From the NCBI GenBank assembly GCA_964016885.1, contig OZ024741.1, positions 11,284,001 to 11,348,000 on the forward strand: a stretch of 64,000 nt of DNA, in the 5' to 3' direction. Both the position numbers and the translations under genes were made by a program. This DNA is from Eledone cirrhosa. Lineage: Eukaryota. The stretch's first letter is position 1. Each line of letters begins with the position of its first letter. The notes beneath the pieces were generated by a model. That model ran no database searches. It had not been told where the DNA came from and saw only the letters and a program-made list of their open reading frames with translations. Shown here in pieces: positions 37,201-52,700 of this stretch.

Positions 37201-40200
37201 ATCACATGTACTAAACAGTACTATGGCTACATCACATGTACTAAACAGTACTATGACTACATCACATGTGCTAAACAGTACTATAACTACATCACATGTA
37301 CTAAATAGTACTATGACTACATCACATGTACTAAACAGTACTATAACTACATTACATGTACTAAATAGTACTAAGAGTACATCACATGTACTAAACAGTA
37401 CTATGACTACATCACATGTACTAAATAGTACTATGAGTACATAACATGTACTAAACAGTACTATGACTACATCACATGTACTAAACGATACTATGACTAC
37501 ATCAAACCAAATATGTACTAAACAGTACTATGACTACATCACATGTACTAAACAATACTATGACTACATCACATATACTAAACAGTACTATAACTACGTC
37601 ACATCAAATATGTACTAAACAGTACTATGACTACATCACATGTACTAAACAGTACTATAACCACATCACATGTACTAAACAGTACTATAACTACAACACA
37701 TCAAATATGTACTAAACAGTACTATGACTACATCACATGTGCTAAACAGTACTATGACTACATCACATGTACTAAACAGTACTATAACTACATCAGATGT
37801 ACTAAACAGTACTATGGCTACATCACATGTACTAAACAGTACTATGGGTACATCACATGTACTAAACAGTACTATGACTACATCACACTAAATATGTACT
37901 AAACAGTACTATGACTACATCACATGTACTAAACAGTACTATGACTACATCACACCAAATATGTACTAAACAGTACTATGACTACATCACATGTACTAAA
38001 CAGTACTATGACTACATCACATGTACTAAACAGTACAATGGCTACATCACATGTACTAAACAGTACTATGACTACATCACATGTGCTAAACAGTACTATG
38101 GCTACATCACATGTACTAAACAGTACTATGACTACATCACATGTACTAAGCAGTACTATGACTACATCACATGTACTAAACAGTACTATAACTACACCAC
38201 ATGTACTAAACAGTACTATGACTACATCACATGTACTAAACAGTACTATGACTACATCACATGTACTAAATAGTACTATGAGTACATCACATGTACTAAA
38301 CAGTACTATGACTACATCACATGTACTAAACAGTACTATGACTACATCACACCAAATATGTACTAAACAGTACTATGACTACATCACATGTACTAAACAG
38401 TACTATGGCTACATCACATGTACTAAACAGTACTATGGCTACATCACATGTACTAAACAGTACTATGACTACATCACATGTACTAAGCAGTACTATGACT
38501 ACATCACATGTACTAAACAGTACTATGACTACATCACATGTACTAAACAATACTATGACTTCATCACATGTACTAAACAGTACTATGACTACATCACATG
38601 TACTAAACAGTACTATGACTACATCACATGTACTAAACAGTACTATGACTACATCACACCAAATATGTACTAAACAGTACTATGACTACATCACATGTAC
38701 TAAACAGTACTATGACTACATCACATGTACTAAGCAGTACTATGACTACATCACATGTACTAAACAGTACTATGGCTACATCACATGTACTAAACAGTAC
38801 TATAACTACATCACATGTACTAAACAGTACTATGACTACATCACATGTGCTAAACAGTACTATAACTACATCACATGTACTAAACAGTACTATGACTACA
38901 TCACATGTGCTAAACAGTACTATGACTACATCACATGTACTAAACAGTACTATAACTACATCACATGTACTAAACAGTACTATGGCTACATCACATGTAC
39001 TAAACAGTACTATAACTACATCACATGTACTAAATAGTACTATGACTACATCACATGTGCTAAACAGTACTATAACTACATCACATGTACTAAACAGTAC
39101 TATGACAACATCACATGTGCTAAACAGTACTATGACTACATCACATGTACTAAACAGTACTATGAGTACATCACATGTACTAAACAGTACTATGACTACA
39201 TCACATGTGCTAAACAGTACTATAACTACATCACATGTACTAAATAGTACTATGAGTACATCACATGTACTAAACAGTACTATGACTACATCACATGTAC
39301 TAAACAGTACTATGACTACATAACATGTACTAAACAGTACTATGACTACATCACACCAAATATGTACTAAACAGTACTATGACTACATCACATGTACTAA
39401 ACAGTACTATGGCTACATCACATGTACTAAACAGTACTATGGCTACATCACATGTACTAAACAGTACTATGATTATATCACATGTACTAAGCAGTACTAT
39501 GACTACATCACATGTGCTAAACAGTACTATAACTACATCACATGTACTAAATAGTACTATGACTACATCACATGTACTAAACAGTACAATAACTACATCA
39601 CATGTACTAAACAGTATTATAACTACATCACATGTACTAAATAGTACTATGACTACATCACATGTACTAAACAGTACTATAACTACATCACATGTACTAA
39701 ACAATACTATGACTACATCACATGTGCTAAACAGTACTATAACTACATCACATGTACTAAATAGTACTATGACTACATCACATGTACTAAACAGTACTAT
39801 GACTACATCACATGTACTAAACAGTACTATGGCTACATCACATGTACTAAACAGTACTATGGCTACATCACATGTACTAAACAGTACTATGGCTACATCA
39901 CATGTACTAAACAGTACTATGACTACATCACATGTACTAAACAGTACTATGACTACATCACATGTGCTAAACAGTACTATGACTACATCACATGTACTAA
40001 ACAGTACTATGACTACATCACATCAAATATGTACTAAACAGTACTATGACTACATCACATGTGCTAAACAGTACTATGACTACATCACACCAAATATGTA
40101 CTAAACAGTACTATGACTACATCACACCAAATATGTACTAAACAGTACTATGACTACATCACATGTACTAAACAGTACTATGACTACATCACATGTACTA

Positions 40201-43200
40201 AACAGTACTATGGCTACATCACATGTACTAAACAGTACTATGGCTACATCACATGTACTAAACAGTACTATGGCTACATCACATGTACTAAACAGTACTA
40301 TGACTACATCACATGTGCTAAACAATACTATAACTACATCACATGTACTAAATAGTACTATGACTACATCACATGTACTAAACAGTACTATAACTACATT
40401 ACATGTACTAAATAGTACTAAGAGTACATCACATGTACTAAACAGTACTATGACTACATCACATGTACTAAATAGTACTATGAGTACATAACATGTACTA
40501 AACAGTACTATGACTACATCACATGTACTAAACGATACTATGACTACATCACACCAAATATGTACTAAACAGTACTATGACTACATCACATGTACTAAAC
40601 AGTACTATGACTACATCACATATACTAAACAGTACTATAACTACGTCACATCAAATATGTACTAAACAGTACTATGACTACATCACATGTACTAAACAGT
40701 ACTATAACCACATCACATGTACTAAACAGTACTATAACTACAACACATCAAATATGTACTAAACAGTACTATGACTACATCACATGTGCTAAACAGTACT
40801 ATGACTACATCACATGTACTAAACAGTACTATAACTACATCAGATGTACTAAACAGTACTATGGCTACATCACATGTACTAAACAGTACTATGGGTACAT
40901 CACATGTACTAAACAGTACTATGACTACATCACACTAAATATGTAATAAACAGTACTATGACTACATCACATGTACTAAACAGTACTATGACTACATCAC
41001 ACCAAATATGTACTAAACAGTACTATGACTACATCACATGTACTAAACAGTACTATGACTACATCACATGTACTAAACAGTACAATGGCTACATCACATG
41101 TACTAAACAGTACTATGACTACATCACATGTGCTAAACAGTACTATGGCTACATCACATGTACTAAACAGTACTATGACTACATCACATGTACTAAGCAG
41201 TACTATGACTACATCACATGTACTAAACAGTACTATAACTACATCACATGTACTAAACAGTACTATGACTACATCACATGTACTAAACAGTACTATGACT
41301 ACATCACATGTACTAAATAGTACTATGAGTACATCACATGTACTAAACAGTACTATGACTACATCACATGTACTAAACAGTACTATGACTACATCACACC
41401 AAATATGTACTAAACAGTACTATGACTACATCACATGTACTAAACAGTACTATGGCTACATCACATGTACTAAACAGTACTATGGCTACATCACATGTAC
41501 TAAGCAGTACTATGACTACATCACATGTACTAAACAGTACTATGACTACATCACATGTACTAAACAATACTATGACTTCATCACATGTACTAAACAGTAC
41601 TATGACTACATCACATGTACTAAACAGTACTATGACTACATCACATGTACTAAACAGTACTATGACTACATCACACCAAATATGTACTAAACAGTACTAT
41701 GACTACATCACATGTACTAAACAGTACTATGACTACATCACATGTACTAAGCAGTACTATGACTACATCACATGTACTAAACAGTACTATGGCTACATCA
41801 CATGTACTAAACAGTACTATAACTACATCACATGTACTAAACAGTACTATGACTACATCACATGTGCTAAACAGTACTATAACTACATCACATGTACTAA
41901 ACAGTACTATGACTACATCACATGTGCTAAACAGTACTATGACTACATCACATGTACTAAACAGTACTATAACTACATCACATGTACTAAACAGTACTAT
42001 GGCTACATCACATGTACTAAACAGTACTATAACTACATCACATGTACTAAATAGTACTATGACTACATCACATGTGCTAAACAGTACTATAACTACATCA
42101 CATGTACTAAACAGTACTATGACAACATCACATGTGCTAAACAGTACTATGACTACATCACATGTACTAAACAGTACTATGAGTACATCACATGTACTAA
42201 ACAGTACTATGACTACATCACATGTGCTAAACAGTACTATAACTACATCACATGTACTAAATAGTACTATGAGTACATCACATGTACTAAACAGTACTAT
42301 GACTACATCACATGTACTAAACAGTACTATGACTACATAACATGTACTAAACAGTACTATGACTACATCACATGTACTAAACAGTACTATGGCTACATCA
42401 CATGTACTAAACAGTACTATGGCTACATCACATGTACTAAACAGTACTATGATTATATCACATGTACTAAGCAGTACTATGACTACATCACATGTGCTAA
42501 ACAGTACTATAACTACATCACATGTACTAAATAGTACTATGACTACATCACATGTACTAAACAGTACAATAACTACATCACATGTACTAAACAGTATTAT
42601 AACTACATCACATGTACTAAATAGTACTATGACTACATCACATGTACTAAACAGTACTATAACTACATCACATGTACTAAACAATACTATGACTACATCA
42701 CATGTGCTAAACAGTACTATAACTACATCACATGTACTAAACAGTACTATGGCTACATCACATGTACTAAACAGTACTATAACTACATCACATGTACTAA
42801 ATAGTACTATGACTACATCACATGTGCTAAACAGTACTATAACTACATCACATGTACTAAACAGTACTATAACTACATCACATGTACTAAATAGTACTAT
42901 GAGTACATCACATGTACTAAACAGTACTATGACTACATCACACCAAATATGTACTAAACAGTACTATGACTACATCACATGTACTAAACAGTACTATGAC
43001 TACATCAGATGTACTAAACAATACTATGACTACATCACACCAAATATGTACTAAACAGTACTATGACTACATCACATGTACTAAACAGTACTATGACTAC
43101 ATCACACCAAATATGTACTAAACAGTACTATGACTACATCACATGTACTAAACAGTACTATGACTACATCACATGTACTAAACAGTACTATGACTACATC

Positions 43201-43392
43201 ACATGTACTAAACAATACTATAACTACATCACATGTACTAAACAGTACTATGACTACATCACACCAAATATGTACTAAACAGTACTATGACTACATCACA
43301 TGTACTAAACAGTACTATAAATACATCACATGTGCTAAACAGTACTATAACTACATCACATGTACTAAACAATACTATAAATACATCACATC
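34210..43392. repeat. 30-bp satellite, ~300 units, with 37-bp variant units
   Basis: Unit TGTACTAAACAGTACTATGACTACATCACA; recurrent 7-bp insert (C/T)CAAATA. Confidence 0.97.
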
Positions 43393-43456
43393 AAAAACTT
43401 TACTCTCTAACAAATGTTCACAATGATCTGTCCTCTAATAAAGATAGTGTAAACAT

Positions 43457-44383
43457 TTAACCCTTCCCCATTTACATTACTCTATATATACTATTTTATT
43501 TTCACAGTAAAGGCTTTACCTCACATAATATCTCACATAACATTAACATTACTCTATATATACTATTTTATTTTCACAGTAAAGGCTTTAGCTCACATAA
43601 TATCTCACATAACATTTACATTACTTTATATATACTATTTTATTTTCACAGTAAAGGCTTTACCTCACATAATATCTCACATAACATTAACATTACTCTA
43701 TATATACTATTTTATTTTCACAGTAAAGGCTTTACCTCACATAATATCTCACATAACATTTACATTACTCTATATATACTATTGTATTTTCACAGTAAAG
43801 GCTTTACCTCACATAATATCTCACATAACATTAACATTACTCTATATATACTATTTTATTTTCACAGTAAAGGCTTTACCTCACATAATATCTCACATAA
43901 CATTTACATTACTCTATATATACTATTGTATTTTCACAGTAAAGGCTTTACCTCACATAATATCTCACATAACATTTACATTACTCTATATATACTATTG
44001 TATTTTCACAGTAAAGGCTTTACCTCACATAATATCTCACATAACATTTATATTACTCTATATATACTATTGTATTTTCACAGTAAAGGCTTTACCTCAC
44101 ATAATATTTACATTACTCTATATATACTATTGTATTTTCACAGTAAAGGCTTTACCTCACATAATATCTCACATAACATTTACATTATTCTATATATACT
44201 ATTGTATTTTCACAGTAAAGGCTTTACCTCACATAACATTTACATTACTCTATATATACTATTATATTTTCACAGTAAAGGCTTTACCTCACATAAAATC
44301 TCACATAACATTTACACTACTCTATATATACTATTGTATTTTCACAGTAAAGGCTTTACCTCACATAATATCTCACATAACAT
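43457..44383. repeat. 72-bp satellite (60-bp variants), continuing at 49594-49753 and 53359-53444
   Basis: Unit TACTCTATATATACTATTGTATTTTCACAGTAAAGGCTTTACCTCACATAATATCTCACATAACATTTACAT. Confidence 0.95.
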
Positions 44384-44578
44384 CTCGTATACAAGAGACG
44401 TGTGTTGACGTGTGTGAACAAGCTCGGCTACCGAGTTGGATTTACTTACTCAAAAGTGAGTTTTGATTAATTTTTTTATACTGTAATATACGTTAACTCC
44501 TTGCCTTGGTCGTCAAACTTTGAGTTTATTTATTTTCGAATTTTCCAGTTAAAAATTTATTACGGCAAACTAATAGAA

Positions 44579-46013
44579 ATGGACGGAATTTTCACATCTC
44601 ATCCTAACGAGAAAGGCACGCCCCCTAAGAAAGGTGATACAGAGAAGTTAGAAGCACAAGGCTCTAAGTCTTCCCTCCTCACTTCTGCAAAAGAAACATG
44701 GAACACGGAATTAAAAGAAAAATTTGTAAAAATGGGTGAAAACCCAGAAAGTCACATAAACGCAGACAAAAACAACAATGACAATAACAGCAATAGTCAC
44801 AGCACCAACCAAGGAAAAAATAACGATAACACCAAACAAAGCGAACCCACTACTGGTGCCTCCTTTGCACAGGCGGTCCGGAAAACACAGACCTGCAAGC
44901 AACTGGACATTACAACTCTGAGAGAAAAGTTGAAGGAAGCAAAACAGTATGTAACTTTCAAAGAAGGAGGAGACTTCACAATCACCTTCCCACAAGAAAT
45001 CAAAAGAGACACGACACTAAGAACGATATCTTTCAGAACCATCTCCAACATAACAAGGAAACCAGCTCAATTATCCCAAAAAGATATTGAGCTGGTCCTA
45101 AAAAATGTGTGGAGTGATATATCGTTCATACAAAAAGGGCCACTCTATGGGAATATAACGGTGCTAATGAAGGATCAATTGACGGCCAGGAAATACTCTG
45201 TGGCGCCAATTGTTTCCAAGCTACACACATTTTTCCCCACATATTTAGGGAAAAGGACGCAGAAAATAAGAGTCTCCGGAATCCGGCCAAATGCATGCAT
45301 TTCCTGGGTACTAACAGGATTTTTAGAAGATGAGGACGGAATCCTCTCAGTAGGAGAAGTCACCACAGACGTTTTCGGCGGTTTGAGCGTGGAGGTTCTG
45401 GTCCAAATGAGACCAGAACGAATAGCTAGAATACCACAGAGGGTGTCCCTCGATGGAGAAACATTTATATACATTTCAGCGAGGGTAGGAGGCCCATATG
45501 TTACTACTGTTCAAACAGGAGTCATCTAAGGGCTGCCTGTCCTCAATTGACAAAAAAAAAGGCTCTTTTGCCTACACCCCACACACCACCACTGCCACCA
45601 CCACCACCACCACAACAACAAAAACAACAACAACAACAAAAAGAAAACACCACACGAACATAAACGAAACAAACACACAACCACCAACAGAAACAAAACA
45701 AACAGAACAAACAAAAACCATCCCACCCCAAAACATAACACATACAACAAAACGTAAGCACACACAACAACAACAAACAAACACAACACAAATAAAACAG
45801 TATACATACATTAACACAAATAACAAAGAACTAGTAAAAACAATACACAAAGACCCTTCGGTGGAAACTGAAGGGCAATTCTTTGCAAGCGCGGCCAACA
45901 AACCACATTTAAAAATGATAAGACTCCCAATGGACACCTATACAAAACTAAGAGAGAACTTCCTGAGGACGTGGGGAAAACATGTACTCGACCCTATAAC
46001 CGCGTCCTCTTGA
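44579..46013 (+). pseudogene. Tx1-type ORF1 with CCHC zinc knuckle, frameshifted
   Basis: SFAQAV motif; CYYCSNRSHLRAAC (CX2CX4HX4C) at ~45498-45540 in a shifted frame; T/Q-rich linker. Confidence 0.75.
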
Positions 46014-46159
46014 AACGTTTCCCCACCCACACCTCACCAAACACCCCCACCCCACCACAGAACAACACCCCACCAAACAACCCCTCCAATACACCCATGG
46101 ATATTGAGCAACCTGCTCCTCAAGAGCCGAACAGGTAGGTCCTTCCTCTTTTAACCAAC

Positions 46160-49100
46160 ATGGCTGATATAAGAGTTGGGTGTCTGAATGTACGCGGCCT
46201 GCGACTGTCTTGGAAACAAGGCAAACTTTTAAACGATCTCAGGTCGCATAGAATGGATGTAATGGCTATTTGCGAGTCCAGGATCAGCAGCGAGCGCCAA
46301 CTGGCGCCCCTCTTCGACGACTTTGAGATCTTCGCATCTCTCTGTCAACTGGGGGGTGGAGGTGGAGCTGTCGTTCTGCTGCGAAAACACCTGGGCCTCG
46401 CCATACAGAAGGTGCACCTGGACCCGGAGGGTCGACTGGTGGTTTTAGACGTCGGCAGTAGTGAAAGTGGGGCCCTTAGACTAATTGCTGTGTACGCCCC
46501 TTTTTGGGCAGCGCGGCCGGAATACTTCCAACGTCTGGAAACTTTTCTGGGAACGTCCCGCTCCTTGCTTTTAGTGGGAGACTGGAATGGTATCCTGGAT
46601 GCACGTTGGGACTATGTAGGGGCATGTGCCAATAGAGGGGGGTGTAAAAGCCTCAAAAGGTTAATCGGCCGATTTGACCTGGCCGATAGATATCGACTAG
46701 ATTTTCCGACTGTACCACTATGGACGTGGACCAATCGCAGCGGAACATCTAGGTCGTACCTAGATAGGGTCCTAGTTAGAGATAAGGATAGGGACACATT
46801 TAGCTGTCCAAAAATGTTCATGGTTGACTATTCGGATCACAAGTTAGTGACCTGCATAGCCAACCTTGATAGAACCCATAGACAGGGACCCGGTTACTGG
46901 AAGCTGAACTTGTCCTTACCGACAAGCAAAGCTTACAGTAAACGGATTAGCACGTTAGTTAAGCAGAATTTGACAGGGGCAATTGTCAACAACAGGTGGT
47001 GGAGCTCTCTTAAGAGAGCAATTAGAATAGAATCGAATAGGTTTTAGTCAGGAATTAGCAAGGGATAGGAACAAGACGGAAAGGGAATTAGTAGATAGAG
47101 TAGAAGAGGCGATTAGGAGTGGCAATGTAGCCAGCGTGCTGGCATCAAGAATGGCCTTAGACCAGTTCTTTGATGTGAAGCGCGAGGGCTGCGTTGTCAG
47201 GAGTAAAATACGTGCTCTGGGTAATGAGGGAGCCAAAGCTGTGAGCTGGGTCCGAGTGACAGAGGCAAAAAGTGGAAACAAGTCCACGATTCGGTCTTTG
47301 AAAGACCAGGATGGGCATGTGATCCTTGAACCTGGGCAGATGTGTGCGGCCTTTCAGCGGCACTTTGCACGACTGTTCGAGAGGGGCGGCGCGCCGGGTG
47401 AGACTATGGATTTCAATCCATACCTCGACGGTCTGCCGCGCCTCTCGGACGCGGAGGCGAAGTCCTGCAAAAGGCCGATTTCAGCTGCTGAGATAGGGGC
47501 GGCGCTGAGCCAATGCGGCAAACGCAAATCCCCGGGTCTCGATGGTCTACCATACGAGCTATATGTAGCGATGCCGGACTTGTTCTCTGATATCCTCGAA
47601 GCGGTCTACTGCAACTGGCAGCAGAACGGAAGAATTCCCACTTCTGTGACCAAGGGCGTAGTTACGCTGGTGAGGAAGCATGAGAACAAGGGGGATGACA
47701 TAAGTAACTTCAGGCCCATAACTCTGCTAAATACAGAGTTAAAGATTTTGGCCAAGGTGTTTGCGAAGAGGTTGGCGCTTGTCGTTGGAAACCAGGTGGG
47801 AGAAGCGCAGACATGCGCAATCCCGTCCAGGTCCATTCACGACAATCTCCACCTTATGCGATACATCATAGAGAGGGTAGGGAATGAACCCGGCCTTGGT
47901 GGGGCCCTACTGCGAAAGTTGGAGTGGTTGCAGGGCATCCCTTTGGAACCGGGATTGCAGAAAGCGGCGTCGGCCTACGCCGATGACGTGACAGTAATGG
48001 TGTCGAAAACCTCGCAAATCGGTGAGATCGGCACCTTACTGGAGGGATATGAAAGGTTTACAGGAGCCAAGCTTAACCGGGACAAGTCCGTCGGTTTGCA
48101 ACTCGGAACATGGAGAGGCAAACCGATGCCCTCCAATGATGTCGTCGGACGGTGGACGGAGGGCCCGGTGAAGCTGCTTGGGGTCTGGTTCGGACCAGAC
48201 CTCCAGGTGGAGAAAAAATGGAACGAGGTAACGGCCAGGGTGTTTGCACTCACCCAGAAGTGGGCCCAGTGCAAACTATCCCTGAAAGGTCGAGCGGAGG
48301 TGGCGAATACTTATATAGCATCCGTCATCTACTACCGCTTGACCGTCATGCCTTGCCCAGTGAAAAGACTCGCCAAAATGGAGTGCGCGCTGTTCCAATT
48401 TCTTTGGAACAAGCGGACCCCTTTGGTGAGGAGATCCATCTGCTGTCAACACCCTTAGAAAGGAGGGCTGGGGATGCCGTGGCTACAGATGCGTAAACAC
48501 GCATTAAGGCTACAGCACCTCCGGGTATTCCTCACCGGTCAACCGGTGTGGGCCCCGTTTGTGAGGCGAGCCTTTCCCAGACTCGTCTCGCTCACCGAAC
48601 TGCAATCCTGGGTCAAGCAAAGACCGAGAAAAGTGGGCGACTGGCACATTGAATGTGCCCAGGCGCTCGCAGCCCTCTGGAAAGCGGACCCAGCAATCAG
48701 TGGAGACTCCACCTCGACATTCTATAGAGGGTTGGTACACAGCAGGTGCGATGATGCTCTCGGAGAAGCTCTAGGCATGGAGGAAGATGAACTGGCCAGT
48801 CTGTTCGGTAGGACGTTTGGCCCTGGACCGATGGACAACTTCCAAAAGTCCCTGGCTTGGCAGTGCTACCGAGGGGCTCTACCCGTTCGAGACAAGCTCC
48901 ACAGGCATGGGAGCCTGGGTAGGGATCCTTTGAATAAGATCTGTCCAAGATGCGTGCATGACGACGAAACCGTTGCGCACGCATTCGTACACTGCCCAGG
49001 CATTGCTGACTTGTGGGGCTATGTGGAACGACTACTGTCGAGGGTGGGACCAATCCGGTTGACCACCGAGTCCATTGTCACAATCAAACCGCCTCCCCCT

Positions 49101-49358
49101 TTCAAAAACGAAGGAGAGGCGGTTTTTCTCTGTGTGATAGCCATGGCTAAAGAAGTTGTATGGTGGACGAGACTGAAAGGGCTGAGGTCAGACACCTTTC
49201 TCTCCGGCCAACAACTGGTCCCCTTTTTCAAATACCATTTTAAAAGAAGGATCAGAATGGAGAGAGGGGTGCTCTACCCCAGCAAGTTTTATGAAAGGTG
49301 GGTGAAAGTAGGGAGAATGGCCAGAGTGAATGGGTCTTCTCTCTATATCAGCCTGTAG
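46160..49358 (+). pseudogene. Tx1-type ORF2 (APE + RT + C-terminal CCHC), two in-frame stops and an internal RT deletion
   Basis: LNVRGL, GDWN, LDR, SDH, GYWKLN, KSPGLDGLP, FRPITLLN, YADD, CPRC..ETVAHAFVHC; DxxKAFD-to-QG segment missing at ~47910. Confidence 0.9.
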
Positions 49359-49753
49359 GTGAAAGAAGAGGAAAAAGAGGAGACGAGGGAAGCACCTACT
49401 CTTTGTGCTCCTGAGGAGAAGGGTTGCACATTTTTTCCGGGGTGTGAGCGACCCATGTTAATGCCCCCTCCCTATTGAGGACTTCGTTTGTTGTTGTTAT
49501 TTCATTGTTATATTTTTGTACTCGTTAGTTATATATGTAAACTTCCCCCCTTGTATCTGTCCCTACCTTTTGTGCCCTGGTGGCAAATAAAGAAATTACT
49601 CTATATGTACTTTTGTATTTTCACAGTAAAGGCTTTACCTCACATAATATCTCACATAGCATTAACATTACTCTATATATACTATTGTATTTTCACAGTA
49701 AAGGCTTTACCTCACATAATATCTCACATAACATTTACATTCCTCTATATATA

Positions 49754-52700
49754 CACATTTATTTTGTTACCCTCATTTTCTCTACCATGCTGCCTCTCTA
49801 TCTGTCTATTTTGCCATCAAAGGCTACAGGCCATGACTTGGCTATCTACCTCACAATTTCCCTCACACCACCATAGCCTATTCGACCAATCAAACCTCAG
49901 CATGCCCCCCCTCCCACTACCAACCCCAACAAACCCTGCCATTTCTACTACTACCTAACTCTCTCCTCCCCCGTCCCAGCCCAACACACCCTGCCATTAT
50001 CACCACCACGACTGTTCTTCTAGCCCTGAATTTTCCTACCGTTATGTATGGATGAGCTGAGAATAAATTGGAGCAACTCTGAATTAATAGATGAAATGAA
50101 TATGATTCCGCAAGCTACCAAGCACCCATGTGAAGCCCCAATCCAGAGACAGGAAGCGCACACACACACCTCTGCAAAAATCGACCCTTCCCTATGAATG
50201 TCAAAACTCCAAGTTGGTACCATCAATGTAAGCACAATGAAAGGAAGAGCAGGAGAAATCGTAGAAATGCTAGAGCAAAAGGAAATTGACGTATGCTGTG
50301 TGCAAGAGACTAGATGGAGAGGAGAGTCTGCTAGAGTCCTTGTAGGAAAAAGTCAGTGCTACAAATTTTTCTGGGTGGGAAATGACGATGGGATGGGTGG
50401 TGTAGGTATACTACTAGCTGACAAGTGGGTAGATAAAGTAATCTCAGTGTACAGGGTAAATGCAAGAATCATTAAACTCAGACTAGTCCTGAATAAAACA
50501 ATTACCACAATAATATCAGCTTACGCACCCCAATCGGGGTTGCCAGACGAACTTAAGGATAGGTTTTACGAGTCCCTAATGCACACTACTGCTCTAACAA
50601 ACGACAATGACTTCCTAATCATCGCAGGAGATTTTAACGGACACGTAGGTAAACACTGTGATGGCTTCAATAGAGTCCATGGAGACCATGGGGTTGGCAC
50701 AAGAAATGAAGAAGGATTCCGACTTCTAGAATTCTGCGACGCCAATGACATGTCGATATGTAACACAAACTTCAAAAAGCCCGACAACCACATGATCACC
50801 TATAGATCAGGGGAGCATTCTAGTCAGATAGATGTTATCCTCATCAGAGGACGTGACAGATGGACGGTTGTAAACACAAAAGCCTACCCTAGTGAGGAAT
50901 GTACCTCCCAACATAGCTTAGTTGTCAGCGACCTCACGGTCAGAACTAGACGAACCTGGAAACAGAGGCCAACCTGGAGAAGAAAGATCTGGAAGCTGAA
51001 AGACCCCTCAGCCAGTAACAGATTTAAAGATATTTTACTCAACGCCTATGACAGTAAAGAAGAACAGATAGAGACATTCAATGTAGAAGAGCACTGGGAG
51101 TTCCTAAAAAATAACTTACTAGAGGCGATGGATGAGATCTGTAGCTGGAGTAAGACCACAAGCAGGAGGAGAGTGACTTGGTGGTGGAACAATAAGGTAG
51201 ATGAGGCAGTTAAGGCCAAGAGACAGGCATGGAAAGAATGGAAGAACGGGGGGAGCAGGGTACATTACATAGAGACCAAGAGGGAAGCTAGGCGACAAGT
51301 TTACTTAGCTAGGAGGGAAGCAGAGGAGTCAAAATTCAAGCATGTTTTGCAACATGAGGACCAGAAACAAGAGGTGTTCAAGATTGCAAGGCAGTGTGTC
51401 AGAGAGAATTGTGATGTCATTGGAGAGAAGTGTATCCGGAATGATAAGGGTGAGCTTGCCTTCACAAGTGCTGCGAAGAAAGATGTATGGAAGAGCCATT
51501 ATGATAGATTACTAAATGAGGAGAATGCATGGGAAGAAGAGACCCTACCCCAAGTAGACTCTATAGAGGGGCCAGCAGTACAAGTCAGCAGCAGCATAGT
51601 AAGTAAGGCAATCAAAGATATGAAGATGGGGAAGGCAACCGGTCCATCGGGTATAGCTGCCAAGATGTTGAAGGCATCTGGGTCTGTGGGTCACACTATA
51701 ACCACACGTATTGTTAACCAGGTAATACTAGAAGGTGTCATACCAAAAGATTGGTGCAGTAGCATCATTGTCAACTGCTACAAAGGTAAAGGTGATGCAC
51801 TAGATAGAGGAAACTATAGAGGTATAAAGCTGATGGACCAGGTCATGAAAGTAACAGAAAGAGTTATTGCACAGTTGATTAGGGACCGGGTGAAACTAGA
51901 TGAGATGCAATTTGGGTTTGTACCAGGAAGAGGTACCACTGATGCCCTCTTCCTTGTGAGGCAGTTACAGGAAAAGTACCTAGCTAAAAGTAAGCCACTC
52001 TACCTGGCATTCGTCGATCTCGTGGGCTCTTAGAAAACTAGGAGTAGATGAATGGCTTGTGAAAGCTGTACAAGCCATGTATAGGGGAGCAGTCAGCAAA
52101 GTTAGGATTAGCAATGAGTATAGCGAGGAATTTAGCGTACAGGTTGGGGTCCACCAGGGCTCTGTTCTTAGCCCTCTCCTGTTCATCATAGTCCTCCAGG
52201 CAATAACGGAGGAGTTTAAGACCGGATGCCCATGGGAACTCCTGTAAGCTGATGACCTTGCACTTATAGCTGAATCTATGGTAGAACTGGAGAAGAAATT
52301 TCAAACTTGGAAGCAGGGACTAGAAAGAAAGAAAGGGTCTCAAAGTCAACATGACAAAGACTAAGGTTCTTGTAAGTAGATGAGAAAACAAAACCCATAT
52401 TCCCTCAGGGAAATGGCCTTGCTCAGTATGTAGGAAAGGTGTAGGTAGGAACTTCATTCTCTGCTCCAAATGCAAACAATGGGTACACAAGAGATGTAGC
52501 GGGATCTCAGGAAGCTTAACTAAGAATGTAGGCTTCACATGTAGCAGCTGTGCTGGGACAGCAAGCAGCAAACAGCCACAGGAAACAAGTACCACCAATC
52601 TCTGGGAGGGCTCTGTAGAAACAGTAGACAGCTTCTTCTACCTAGGTGACCAAATTAGCAGCAGAGGTGGGTGTTCAGAAAGTACAATAACTAGGGTAAG

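Larger units (their letters stand above)
44384..49593 (+). mobile_element. L1/Tx1-clade LINE, near full length, inserted in the 72-bp satellite
   Basis: ORF1 + ORF2; ends at AATAAAGAA; satellite resumes almost in register on both sides. Confidence 0.9.

Noticed and set aside
34257-43426. Many MTTSHVLNST / CTKQYYDYIT ORFs
   Set aside because: Translations of the 30-bp satellite, broken by 37-bp units
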